DNA of 64,000 nucleotides from Bacillales bacterium (GTDB lineage: Bacteria > Bacillota_I > Bacilli_A > Izemoplasmatales > UBA1188): the NCBI GenBank assembly GCA_016287865.1, contig JAEEXP010000003.1, forward strand, positions 701 to 64,700, in the 5' to 3' direction. Positions 47,064 through 55,921 of this stretch are shown here, in pieces. The notes below the pieces were generated by a model, which worked only from the letters and a program-made list of their open reading frames with translations, ran no database searches and had not been told where the DNA came from. Each line of letters starts with the position of its first letter. The stretch's first letter is position 1. The position numbers were made by a program, and so were the translations under genes.

Positions 47064-48743
47064 ATGATTAAAGAGTTAAAAAGTGAAATTCAAAGTTACG
47101 TTAATAAAAGATTAAATGAGATTTACTCTCTCGAATTTAATACTGTGATAGAAAACCCTAAAAATCCTCAATTAGGTGATTTAGCTATTCCTAGTTTCTC
47201 TTTATGTAAAGTATTAAAGAAAAGCCCTGTAGAGTGCGCAGAAGTAATCAAGAATATTCTTCTTGAACTTGATTACTTTAGCTCAGTTGAATGTGTTGGT
47301 GCATATGTTAATGCTAAATATTCAAGAACTCATTTAGCTGAAAAAGTATTTAAGAACTTATCTTTTGATAAAGCTGAATCAAATGGTAAGACAGTATGTA
47401 TCGACTATTCAAGTCCAAACATCGCTAAACCATTCTCAATTGGACACTTACGTTCAACTATTATTGGCCAATCACTTGGTAATGTACTTGAATATAAAGG
47501 TTACAAAGTAGTTAGAATTGATCACCTAGGTGATTTTGGTACTCAATTTGGTAAATTAATTTGGGCATTTAAGAACTGGGGTAATATGGATGACGTTCTT
47601 AAAGACCCAATTAATACACTTGTTGGACTATATGTAAGATTTAATCAAGAAGCTGAAAAGAATCCAGCACTTGATGATGAAGCAAGAAAGATCTTTAAAG
47701 AACTTGAAGAAGGCAATGCTGAATATAGAGAACTTTGGAATAAATTTAAGAATTACTCTTTAAAAGAATTTATGAGAATGTATGAATTATTAAATGTACA
47801 CTTTGATAAGTTCTCAAGTGAAGCTGAAGCTTCAAGAAAATCAGCTTACATCATTGGTGAACTTAAAAAGAAAGGATTACTTGTTGAAGACCAAGGTGCT
47901 CAAGTGGTATTCCTTTCAGATCCACTCCCACCAGCAATCATTCAAAAGAGCGATGGTTCAACTTTATATATCACTCGTGACTTAGAAGAAGTTTGGGATA
48001 GATATAAAGAATTCAAGTTTGATAAGATGTTATACTGCGTAGGTAACGAACAAAAACTTTATTTTAACCAAGTAAAAGAAGTATTAGCTAAGATGGACGC
48101 TCCATTTGCTAGTGGTGTATCACATGTTGCATTCGGTTTAATTCTAAGAGATGGTAAAAAGATGTCTACAAGAACTGGAACTGCAGTTAAACTTGAAGAC
48201 GTATTAAATGAATCTATTAGACTAGCTAAAGCTCATATTGATGAAAAGAATCCTAATCTTGAAGGAAAAGATGAAATCGCAACTAAGATTGGTGTTTCAG
48301 CTATTATCTTTAATGACCTTAAGAACTTTAGAGAAAATGAATATGAATTTGACCTTGAATCAGCTACTAGATTTGAAGGTCAAACTGGACCATATATTGA
48401 ATATACATCAGTAAGAATTGGTTCAATCTTAGAATCAGCTAATTTTGATCCATCTAAAGTTGATTATTCATTATATGAAAATGAAATTATGTTTGAAATA
48501 GTTAAGAAGATAGATGAATTTAATGATGTATTAGATAAGGTAGTAGAAGAATACGCTCCACATTATCTAGCTAAATATCTACTTCAACTTTCAACTCTCT
48601 TTAATTCATTCTACGCAAAAGAAAGAGTGTTAATTGATGATGAAGTTGAAAGAAATACTAAACTTAATTTATTAAAAGGAATCAAGAACACTATTGATAA
48701 AGGCTTAACTTTACTCAATATGAGCGTTCTTGAAAAGATGTAG
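47064..48743 (+). CDS. argS: Arginine--tRNA ligase
   Basis: 559 aa. Motifs SSPNIAKPFSIGHLRST (HIGH-type) and KMSTRTG (KMSKS-type). Confidence 0.95.
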   Translation: MIKELKSEIQSYVNKRLNEIYSLEFNTVIENPKNPQLGDLAIPSFSLCKVLKKSPVECAEVIKNILLELDYFSSVECVGAYVNAKYSRTHLAEKVFKNLSFDKAESNGKTVCIDYSSPNIAKPFSIGHLRSTIIGQSLGNVLEYKGYKVVRIDHLGDFGTQFGKLIWAFKNWGNMDDVLKDPINTLVGLYVRFNQEAEKNPALDDEARKIFKELEEGNAEYRELWNKFKNYSLKEFMRMYELLNVHFDKFSSEAEASRKSAYIIGELKKKGLLVEDQGAQVVFLSDPLPPAIIQKSDGSTLYITRDLEEVWDRYKEFKFDKMLYCVGNEQKLYFNQVKEVLAKMDAPFASGVSHVAFGLILRDGKKMSTRTGTAVKLEDVLNESIRLAKAHIDEKNPNLEGKDEIATKIGVSAIIFNDLKNFRENEYEFDLESATRFEGQTGPYIEYTSVRIGSILESANFDPSKVDYSLYENEIMFEIVKKIDEFNDVLDKVVEEYAPHYLAKYLLQLSTLFNSFYAKERVLIDDEVERNTKLNLLKGIKNTIDKGLTLLNMSVLEKM

Positions 48744-48760
48744 GATTATTCCTACATTAT

Positions 48761-48848
48761 GCTCGCGTGGCGAAACTGGTAGACGCAGCAGACTCAAAAT
48801 CTGCCGAATGAAGAATTCATGTGGGTTCGATTCCCACCGTGAGCACCA
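48761..48848 (+). tRNA. tRNA-Leu (anticodon CAA), class II with long variable arm, CCA encoded
   Basis: Folded by hand. Acceptor GCTCGCG/CGTGAGC, anticodon stem GCAGA/TCTGC with loop CT-CAA-AA (anticodon 48795-48797). T-arm GTGGG-TTCGATT-CCCAC, 3' ACCA. Confidence 0.9.
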
Positions 48849-48860
48849 CTATAACTATTG

Positions 48861-48886
48861 ATGGGGCTCAGCCCCATTTAATTTTT
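48861..48886 (+). terminator. Terminator after tRNA-Leu
   Basis: TGGGGC-tca-GCCCCA followed by TTTAATTTTT. Confidence 0.7.
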
Positions 48887-48987
48887 ACAAACCAATAGTT
48901 GAGTTTAATCCTCCCATTAACTCAACCACCAGTTTGTAGACTCTTATCAATAAAACATTTACACTATAGGCATAAAGGAGGCCTTCT

Positions 48988-49605
48988 ATGGATCAAATTA
49001 AAATAGGTAAATTTATCCAAGAAAAAAGAAAGAGTAAAAATCTTACTCAATTAGAATTAGCTGAAAAGCTAAATATAACTGATAGAGCTATATCTAAGTG
49101 GGAATGTGGTAAATCACTTCCAGATGCGTCTATCATGTTAGAACTATGCGAAATATTAGACATTAGTGTAAATGAATTATTAACTGGGGAGGAGTTAGAA
49201 ATGAAAGACTATGATAAACAAGCAGAGTTAAATCTACTTGAACTTAAAAGACAAAAAGAAGCATCTGATAAGAGACTTCTAAATATGGAAATAGCAACTG
49301 GTGTTACAGGAACTATAATCTTTGTATCAGCTATATTACTCGCATCTTTATTAGACTTACCAGCATGGCTTAGAATAGTAATCATCGCGATATCATTTGT
49401 ATTAGTACTTGTTATGTGTTTCTTCTTAGTAAGAATAGAACAAGTTGCTGGATACTATGAATGCAAACACTGCCATCATAGATATGTTCCAACATATAAA
49501 CAAGTAAATTTAGCTATGCATATGGGTAGAACTAGATATATGAAATGCCCTAAATGTGGTAAAAAGAGTTGGCAAAAGAAAGTACTATCAGACACCGAAG
49601 AATAA
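48988..49605 (+). CDS. Membrane-bound XRE-family regulator with a C-terminal Cys4 zinc ribbon
   Basis: 205 aa. HTH LTQLELAEKLNITDRAISKWECGKSLPD, 2 TM helices, then CKHC...x...CPKCG. Confidence 0.8.
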   Translation: MDQIKIGKFIQEKRKSKNLTQLELAEKLNITDRAISKWECGKSLPDASIMLELCEILDISVNELLTGEELEMKDYDKQAELNLLELKRQKEASDKRLLNMEIATGVTGTIIFVSAILLASLLDLPAWLRIVIIAISFVLVLVMCFFLVRIEQVAGYYECKHCHHRYVPTYKQVNLAMHMGRTRYMKCPKCGKKSWQKKVLSDTEE

Positions 49606-49624
49606 TTATTTGTGAAAAAGATAT

Positions 49625-49656
49625 GGGATAATCCGCCGTGATTATCCCTTTTCTTA
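49625..49656 (+). terminator. Terminator
   Basis: GGGATAATC-cgccgt-GATTATCCC followed by TTTTCTT. Confidence 0.9.
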
Positions 49657-49728
49657 TGGTTTTATATTGTGCGTTATTGTTTGAGATTTATTTAATTATT
49701 ATAATTAGAACATCATAAGGAGGTTATT

Positions 49729-50112
49729 ATGAAAAGAACATTTTTAAAGATTTTATCTTTGTTTCTATGTTTATCAGTAGTAGGTATTCTTTCTGGCTGT
49801 AATCTTAAGGGATTAACTGTGGATGAAGCTAAAGCTAATCTTGAGGCAGCTGGATATACGGTTACTGTAAGAGATGGAGAAGAGTTTGTTGACTCTGGCG
49901 ATTGTCAATTTGATACTATCTTCTCTGTTGAACTTGAAAAGTATTTATATGCAGAAAAAGGAGAAGAAAAGATTCATATGTATTTTTTTGTTACTGTTGA
50001 TACAGCATCAAGAAATTATGACTTTATGTATATGGATGGACTTAGAACAGGCCAAAACAATAAGACAGTATATTTTGGTACTAAACAAGCTATAAAGGAT
50101 TCTAAGATTTAA
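49729..50112 (+). CDS. Small lipoprotein, hypothetical
   Basis: 127 aa, lipobox LSGC|N, AAGGAGG RBS. The segment LTVDEAKANLEAAGYTVTV is PASTA-like. Confidence 0.7.
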   Translation: MKRTFLKILSLFLCLSVVGILSGCNLKGLTVDEAKANLEAAGYTVTVRDGEEFVDSGDCQFDTIFSVELEKYLYAEKGEEKIHMYFFVTVDTASRNYDFMYMDGLRTGQNNKTVYFGTKQAIKDSKI

Positions 50113-50127
50113 TTATTGGAGGCATAA

Positions 50128-50940
50128 ATGAACGTAATTATTGAATTTATTAAACAACAAACAGGAACTACAAGCGATGGAATAGCTATTGCTATGTTTG
50201 TAGTTGCAATATTAATCGCAATATTTGGACTTATTGGTGTAGGTATTTCTATTGCATTATTCTTTAAATATCATACATTAAATAAAACAAAGAATAGTTG
50301 TGGACTTACAGGCCAAGATGTAGCAAGAAAGATTCTTGATGAAAATGGTCTCGAAAACATTAAGATTAAATGTACTGGTTCTATCTTATGGGGTAACTCA
50401 TATTCTCATTATTTCAAGAAGTTAAGACTTAGAAGATTTACTTATAAGAAAGATTCAGTAACATCACTCGCCATGGCAGCTCAAAAATCTTCTTTAGCTA
50501 TTATGGATAAAGAAGGTGATCCAGTTATGAAGGCACGTAATGTATTAATTCCTCTACAATTCTTTGGACCATTTATGTTTGTCCCACTAGTAATTGTGGG
50601 TATCGTTATTGATGTATTACTCGCAGTTAAGAATGGCGGAAAACCTAATTTCCTCTTCACATTCATTATGGCTGGGGTTGGTGTTGCATTCTATGCAGTA
50701 GCATTTGCTCTTACTGGTGTAATCTTAAAAGCAGAAACTAAAGCTCAAGCTAAATCTATTGAAATATTAAGAAAAGATAATTTAGCAACAGAACAAGAAA
50801 TTGAATGGATTAAAGAATTATATAAATACTATAATCTTGAATACGTTAATAATATGATTCTTGCCTTCCTTGAATTATTACTTAGAGTTCTTCAACTCGT
50901 CGCATCTATTCAAGGATCGTCAGCTAGATCAAGTGAATAA
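50128..50940 (+). CDS. YugP-like (Zn_peptidase_2 family) membrane protein with a degenerate active site
   Basis: 270 aa. GLTGQDVARKILDENGLENI matches the family's conserved N-terminal block. QKSSL (50482-50496) occupies the position where I recall the HExxH motif (..AAHEVGHA..). Confidence 0.65.
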   Translation: MNVIIEFIKQQTGTTSDGIAIAMFVVAILIAIFGLIGVGISIALFFKYHTLNKTKNSCGLTGQDVARKILDENGLENIKIKCTGSILWGNSYSHYFKKLRLRRFTYKKDSVTSLAMAAQKSSLAIMDKEGDPVMKARNVLIPLQFFGPFMFVPLVIVGIVIDVLLAVKNGGKPNFLFTFIMAGVGVAFYAVAFALTGVILKAETKAQAKSIEILRKDNLATEQEIEWIKELYKYYNLEYVNNMILAFLELLLRVLQLVASIQGSSARSSE

Positions 50941-50951
50941 TAAAGAATTAC

Positions 50952-51533
50952 ATGAACAAAGCTCAACTTAATAAGATTAAAACTGGATTACTGTTTGTAC
51001 AGATGATCCTGATAGTTATTCTTATTATATCTTCAACTTATTTACTTATCTTCTCTATTCAAAATCATCTAGGTGGTTGGATGATCACATCATATGCATT
51101 AATCTTACTTTCTGTAGTATCTTTAGGCATATATGGTGTGATTGGATATAGATATAGTAGTCAATACTATATCTTATCTATCGTTCCATTTATGTTTGCG
51201 ACATTTGTAAACATATTAATTCCAACTCGTGGAATAATTCAAGAAACATTATTAATATTATTATTAATGTGTTTATTAGTTTTCACTCTTAAACAAAAAG
51301 AACCTGCGGTATTAAATATAGTTGGAGTAGGAATGGTTGCGATTGCATTAATATTCTCAATCTATTCTTCACTAACCGCAAACACACAATTCTTAGGAGA
51401 TGTTTCAACTAACTGGCCAACATATGCGGCTATGTATCTATCAATCTTTACTCCAACAATTGTGTCATTCACATATCTTGTCTCATATAATGTAAGAATC
51501 GCAAGATATATGGATATTGAAAACGAAAACTAA
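50952..51533 (+). CDS. Polytopic membrane protein, hypothetical
   Basis: 193 aa with about 6 TM helices. It is the last gene before the terminator. Confidence 0.6.
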   Translation: MNKAQLNKIKTGLLFVQMILIVILIISSTYLLIFSIQNHLGGWMITSYALILLSVVSLGIYGVIGYRYSSQYYILSIVPFMFATFVNILIPTRGIIQETLLILLLMCLLVFTLKQKEPAVLNIVGVGMVAIALIFSIYSSLTANTQFLGDVSTNWPTYAAMYLSIFTPTIVSFTYLVSYNVRIARYMDIENEN

Positions 51534-51546
51534 ACTAATATTCTAA

Positions 51547-51575
51547 AAGGGACAGCTAAACGCTGTCCTTTTTGT
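51547..51575 (+). terminator. Terminator
   Basis: GGACAGC-taaac-GCTGTCC followed by TTTTTG. Confidence 0.9.
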
Positions 51576-51665
51576 TTAGTTTTATGTTAATTTTAATCAT
51601 TTTAAATAATAGGTATTTATAAAATTATTATTATCGATATAATAATACTAAAAAGAGGATTGATT

Positions 51666-52370
51666 ATGGATAATAAAAAGATTAATGAAGATTTAGTTAA
51701 ATTCTGGGATACAGCTTTAACTATAAGTGCCGAAGACAAAGAAGAAGCTTTAAAATACACTGACCTAGATTATAAAGAACTAGCTCCTTCAGTAAAACTA
51801 TTAAACGCAGTTAGTGAACTTGGACAATGCGAAAACGTACTTGATTATGGATGTGGCACTGCGTGGGGCGCAATCGTTGCTCTTAAAGCTGGAGTAAAAA
51901 AGGTAGATGCGGTAGACCTAGGTGAAAACATCATTGATAGTGCAAAGTTCTACGCTAAACTTTATAACGCAGAAAAAGGTTTTAATGCGTTTAAAGTAGA
52001 TGAGAATTGGTTAAATGAAGTAAAAGATGATACTTATGATGGAATAATCTGCAGTAATGTGCTTGATGTTGTTACTGAAGATATCAGTCTATCAATCATT
52101 AATAATCTATCAAGAGTATTAAAGAAAGGATCTCTTGCCGTTATTGGGCTTAACTTCTATATGTCAGAAGAAAAAGCTAAAGCGCGTGGCATTGAACTCG
52201 TTGATGGTAATAAGTTATTCCAAAATGGTGTTCTTAGACTTTTAAGTCTATCAGATGAAGAATGGTCTAATATATTTAGCCAATACTTTAACATTATTAA
52301 ACTTGATCACTTTGCTTGGGAAGGTGAACCAGTAGAATCAAGAAGATTATTTATCCTTGAAAAGCAATAA
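51666..52370 (+). CDS. Class I SAM-dependent methyltransferase
   Basis: 234 aa counted from the ATG at 51666, with AAGAGGA RBS. Motif I is VLDYGCGTAWG. Confidence 0.8.
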   Translation: MDNKKINEDLVKFWDTALTISAEDKEEALKYTDLDYKELAPSVKLLNAVSELGQCENVLDYGCGTAWGAIVALKAGVKKVDAVDLGENIIDSAKFYAKLYNAEKGFNAFKVDENWLNEVKDDTYDGIICSNVLDVVTEDISLSIINNLSRVLKKGSLAVIGLNFYMSEEKAKARGIELVDGNKLFQNGVLRLLSLSDEEWSNIFSQYFNIIKLDHFAWEGEPVESRRLFILEKQ

Positions 52371-52371
52371 T

Positions 52372-52887
52372 ATGAAAACTGATATTTTATATGCAAAAAG
52401 ACTACAGTTAAAAGAAATAGAAGATAAAGATAAAGATGACATGTTATCTATTTTAACTGACCCTAAAGTATATAAATCATATATGATTCCTGATTTATTA
52501 ACTATAGAAGCTAAAGATAATTTCTTTAATAGAATTAAAAACGCAACTCTATCAAATGATAGAATTGCATATGGAATATATTTAAATAATAAGATTATTG
52601 GTTTTATTAATGAAGTAGAAAGAATAAATGATTCTATAGAAGTAGGATACTTTATCTCATCTTTATATTGGAATCAAGGATATGCCTCTGAGGCTTTATC
52701 TACAATGATTAAAGAATTCTTTAGATTAGGATTTAAAGAAGTCAAAGCGGGACACTTCGACTTCAATATTGCCTCAGCTAAAGTTATGATCAAATGTGGA
52801 ATGATAAAAACGGAAGAAGAAGATATAATAGAATATAGAGAGAAGAAATATAAGTGCATTTATTATTCTATAAAGAATATAAAATAG
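52372..52887 (+). CDS. GNAT-family N-acetyltransferase (RimJ/RimL-like)
   Basis: About 171 aa. Motifs IGFINEV and WNQGYASEAL...F fit GNAT motif A. Start is uncertain (TTG 52357 or ATG 52372). Confidence 0.75.
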   Translation: MKTDILYAKRLQLKEIEDKDKDDMLSILTDPKVYKSYMIPDLLTIEAKDNFFNRIKNATLSNDRIAYGIYLNNKIIGFINEVERINDSIEVGYFISSLYWNQGYASEALSTMIKEFFRLGFKEVKAGHFDFNIASAKVMIKCGMIKTEEEDIIEYREKKYKCIYYSIKNIK

Positions 52888-52897
52888 CGGAGGTTTT

Positions 52898-53470
52898 ATG
52901 AAGAAGTTATTAAGTTTATTATTACTATTTATCTTTAGTTTTAGTCTTGCGGGATGTTTTAATATCTATGAAGATAAAAGCAAAAGAGATATGGAGTTAG
53001 TAGATGTTAAAATCTATGACAAAGATAATAATGAAATAAAAGGAACTTATAAAAACTTTTTTGGCGATCGTAGCCCTAAAAACAAAAACGCAAATCTTGA
53101 TAAGTTAAATAGTGCTGCGCCAGTATTTAACTATTATGTTATAGATGCTTCATTAAATGAATCATATACTATTAAATTTTATTTTTATTCACAAAAAAGA
53201 TTTAAACTTACTAAGATCACTTTGTTCGATGAGGATACTACTTATGCGGATAATAAGTTTGAAGTAACTGATATAGTTAAAGAAGATAAAAACTATGTCG
53301 CAACATTGAAAGTTGAAAATGTAACTGAATCTAATAATTTCTATTATGTGGGACTCTGGTATAAAGGTGATATGCAATACTACTTCGGTACTATGGGAAG
53401 CAACACTTATATCAAAGGTGCATACTTAGAATTACCTAAAGAAGAAGAAAACACAGGATGGACATATTAA
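52898..53470 (+). CDS. Hypothetical lipoprotein
   Basis: 190 aa, lipobox LAGC|F, GGAGG RBS. Confidence 0.7.
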   Translation: MKKLLSLLLLFIFSFSLAGCFNIYEDKSKRDMELVDVKIYDKDNNEIKGTYKNFFGDRSPKNKNANLDKLNSAAPVFNYYVIDASLNESYTIKFYFYSQKRFKLTKITLFDEDTTYADNKFEVTDIVKEDKNYVATLKVENVTESNNFYYVGLWYKGDMQYYFGTMGSNTYIKGAYLELPKEEENTGWTY

Positions 53471-53760
53471 TTTATGCATTATTAATAACTATACTCTCTG
53501 AAGAGCTAGTTCTATTAATAATGAAAGTGAAAGATAGTAGATTATATTTATCATTACTAATAATTAATATAATTACTAACCTTTCAATGAATATAATTCT
53601 TCAGTTTGTGTCTAATTATTATTTATGGTTATACATACTTGAAGGCTGTGTATTTATAATTGAAGGATTAGTACATTTATTAATTATGAATGATATTAAA
53701 AAAGCGATAATTATATCACTTGTATGTAATTTATGCAGTTATTTAATTGGATTAATATAA
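53458..53760 (+). CDS. Small polytopic membrane protein, hypothetical
   Basis: 100 aa with 3 TM helices. It overlaps the lipoprotein gene by 13 nt. Confidence 0.5.
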   Translation: MDILIYALLITILSEELVLLIMKVKDSRLYLSLLIINIITNLSMNIILQFVSNYYLWLYILEGCVFIIEGLVHLLIMNDIKKAIIISLVCNLCSYLIGLI

Positions 53761-53761
53761 A

Positions 53762-53789
53762 AAGAATGAGACGGTTACGCCTCATTCTT
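53762..53789. terminator. Bidirectional hairpin between convergent genes (overlaps the FNT gene 3' end)
   Basis: AAGAATGAG-acggttacgc-CTCATTCTT followed by TTTG. Confidence 0.65.
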
Positions 53790-54467
53790 TTTGTTTATTA
53801 TTTTTAATAATAATACTCCAGGAATAGTTCCGATACTATTGCCTAGAAGACATATAGCTATATTGATTATAGCTCCCCACATTCCCCAAACATTTCCTAT
53901 TGTGAAATAAAACATATTTGCGACAACATGTTCAAATCCTGCGAATACAAAGAGGAAGATGAAGAAGAATAAGACAATTATACCCTTAGGTTTTAGTCTA
54001 TTCATGTTAAATCCTTTTACCGCAAGGTATACACATACTCCACAGAATACAGATTTTAAGAAGATAGAGAGTCCATCATTAAATGTATCAATAGTAGTTT
54101 TTGCGTCGGCTATTGCGATTGCTCTATCCATTATCTCTCTTGCGCCAATTAATCCATCAATTATAAGCATTGATATAAGACCAATAATGATTGAACCAAT
54201 TAAGTTTCCAATAAACATAATAGGAAGACTTAAATAGAATGATTTTTCTTGTTTTTCTTCAAAGATGAGCCCAATCTTACCTGTGTATAAATGTAGGCCA
54301 AATGTACATACCATAAAAAGACCGATAGGGAATAGTAATGCGCCAATTGCTTTACCTAAATCTCCCTTAATATATGTAGTTGAAATAATGAATAGTAAGC
54401 CACCTAGTCCAATCGCAATACCTGCGAGGATTCCCATAAGTAGTGAATATAATAATTTCTTTGCCAT
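53775..54467 (-). CDS. Formate/nitrite transporter (FNT) family channel, short form
   Basis: 230 aa. Motifs LHLYTGKIG and FAGFEHVVANMFY (equivalent to the GFEHSIANM signature). Confidence 0.85.
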   Translation of the reverse strand: MAKKLLYSLLMGILAGIAIGLGGLLFIISTTYIKGDLGKAIGALLFPIGLFMVCTFGLHLYTGKIGLIFEEKQEKSFYLSLPIMFIGNLIGSIIIGLISMLIIDGLIGAREIMDRAIAIADAKTTIDTFNDGLSIFLKSVFCGVCVYLAVKGFNMNRLKPKGIIVLFFFIFLFVFAGFEHVVANMFYFTIGNVWGMWGAIINIAICLLGNSIGTIPGVLLLKIINKKNEA

Positions 54468-54554
54468 AAAAACCTCTTTTTATCTATTATATTATAGTTT
54501 ATATTTATTTACTAATATTAAAAAAAGAATATAATAGTTAGGGTAGTTAATAAT

Positions 54555-55856
54555 ATGTTGTACACAATAATAGTATCTATAATAGCTTTAATAGCTATGA
54601 TCACTCTAATAATAGTAAAACCATCTATAAGAATAGGAAATCATGAATATGATACTTTTTATTTACCTATACTTCTTGGCGCAATTATTATTATGTTTAA
54701 TCTAGAATTTGATAAGAGCGAATTAAAAGATATTATCTTTAGTAATTCTAAATTAAACCCAATTAAGATTCTATTACTATTTATTTCTATCTCATTCTTA
54801 TCAATATCTCTTGATGAATCAGGATTCTTTTCATATATCGCATCTAAATATATTAATAGATTTAAAAGTAGCCAATATGCGCTATTTTTTGGACTTTATT
54901 TATTAATTTCAATATTAACTATATTTACTTCAAATGATATAGTTATTTTAACCTTTACTCCATTTATTTTATATTTTTCAAAGAAAGGAAATATTAATCC
55001 AATTCCTTATCTTGTGATGGAGTTTGTCGCAGCGAATACTTATTCAATTATTCTTCCAATAGGTAATCCTACTAATATTTATCTTACGAGTATTTTTAGT
55101 ATAGATTTCTTAACTTATATTAAGAATATGATTATCCCAGCTTTAATAATAGGCGCGTCAACTATACTAATGATATTCTTACTATTTAGAAAAGACTTAA
55201 AGAAAGAAATAGTAGTACTCGATATAGATGAAGCTAAGATTAAAGATAAAGTAGGTTGTATTATATCTTTAATCGTTTTAGCTTCAACTACTATTCTTTT
55301 AGTTATAAGTAATTATATAGATCTTGAAATGTGGATTATCGCAAGTATGGCTGCCTTACTTTTATTAATATTTTTAATAGTTTATACAATTGTAAGACAT
55401 GATAGACATTACTTTATTAATCCAATTAAAAGAATTCCTTATTCTTTAATTCCTTTTGTATTATCAATGTTTATAATTATCTTAAGCATTAATCAACTTG
55501 GATTATTTGAAAGAGTATATAATTCTATTGAAAGTATTGAAAATGTAAATATTAGATACGCTATCTATTTATTATCTTCAACATTATCTGCGAATATCGT
55601 AAACAATATCCCAATGACTATTGGATTTGGTTCAATATTACTTAATTCAACTAATATGAATTATGTATATTTAAGTATTATTGGTTCTAATATTGGAGCG
55701 ATATTAACTCCGCTTGGAGCTCTCGCAGGTATTATGTGGATGAGAATACTTAAACATAATAATGTGAAATATAATTTTATAGATTTTACTAAAAACGGTG
55801 TGGTTATTTTAGTTCCTTCACTAATTCTCTTAATACTATATACACTTTTTATTTAG
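54555..55856 (+). CDS. ArsB/NhaD-superfamily permease (anion/citrate-transporter-like)
   Basis: 433 aa and very hydrophobic. Motifs NDIVILTFTP and PIGNPTNIY are typical of this superfamily. Confidence 0.7.
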   Translation: MLYTIIVSIIALIAMITLIIVKPSIRIGNHEYDTFYLPILLGAIIIMFNLEFDKSELKDIIFSNSKLNPIKILLLFISISFLSISLDESGFFSYIASKYINRFKSSQYALFFGLYLLISILTIFTSNDIVILTFTPFILYFSKKGNINPIPYLVMEFVAANTYSIILPIGNPTNIYLTSIFSIDFLTYIKNMIIPALIIGASTILMIFLLFRKDLKKEIVVLDIDEAKIKDKVGCIISLIVLASTTILLVISNYIDLEMWIIASMAALLLLIFLIVYTIVRHDRHYFINPIKRIPYSLIPFVLSMFIIILSINQLGLFERVYNSIESIENVNIRYAIYLLSSTLSANIVNNIPMTIGFGSILLNSTNMNYVYLSIIGSNIGAILTPLGALAGIMWMRILKHNNVKYNFIDFTKNGVVILVPSLILLILYTLFI

Positions 55857-55921
55857 TAATCTCTTATTACTATATTACTTTTAACTTAATAATATGATAT
55901 TATTAAACGTAAGAAGAAACT

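Noticed and set aside
48897-48927. Hairpin GTTGAGTT-taatcctcccatt-AACTCAAC with a CCUCCC loop that could pair with the AGGAGG RBS of the XRE gene 60 nt downstream.
   Set aside because: This is a single occurrence with no covariation evidence. It may simply lie upstream of the promoter, and it is too speculative without transcript mapping.
48849-53774. Genomic island integrated at tRNA-Leu. Lineage-specific genes lie downstream, and CCGCCGTGA at about 49633 weakly resembles the tRNA 3' end CCACCGTGA.
   Set aside because: There is no integrase, recombinase or phage gene. The resemblance is about 10 of 18 nt and lies inside a terminator stem, so there is no credible att repeat.
53959-54534. Plus-strand ORFs 53959-54237 and 54265-54534, and 58379-58858 on the minus strand.
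   Set aside because: The first two are shadows of the FNT gene on the minus strand. The third spans a terminator and intergenic region plus the ends of two real genes.
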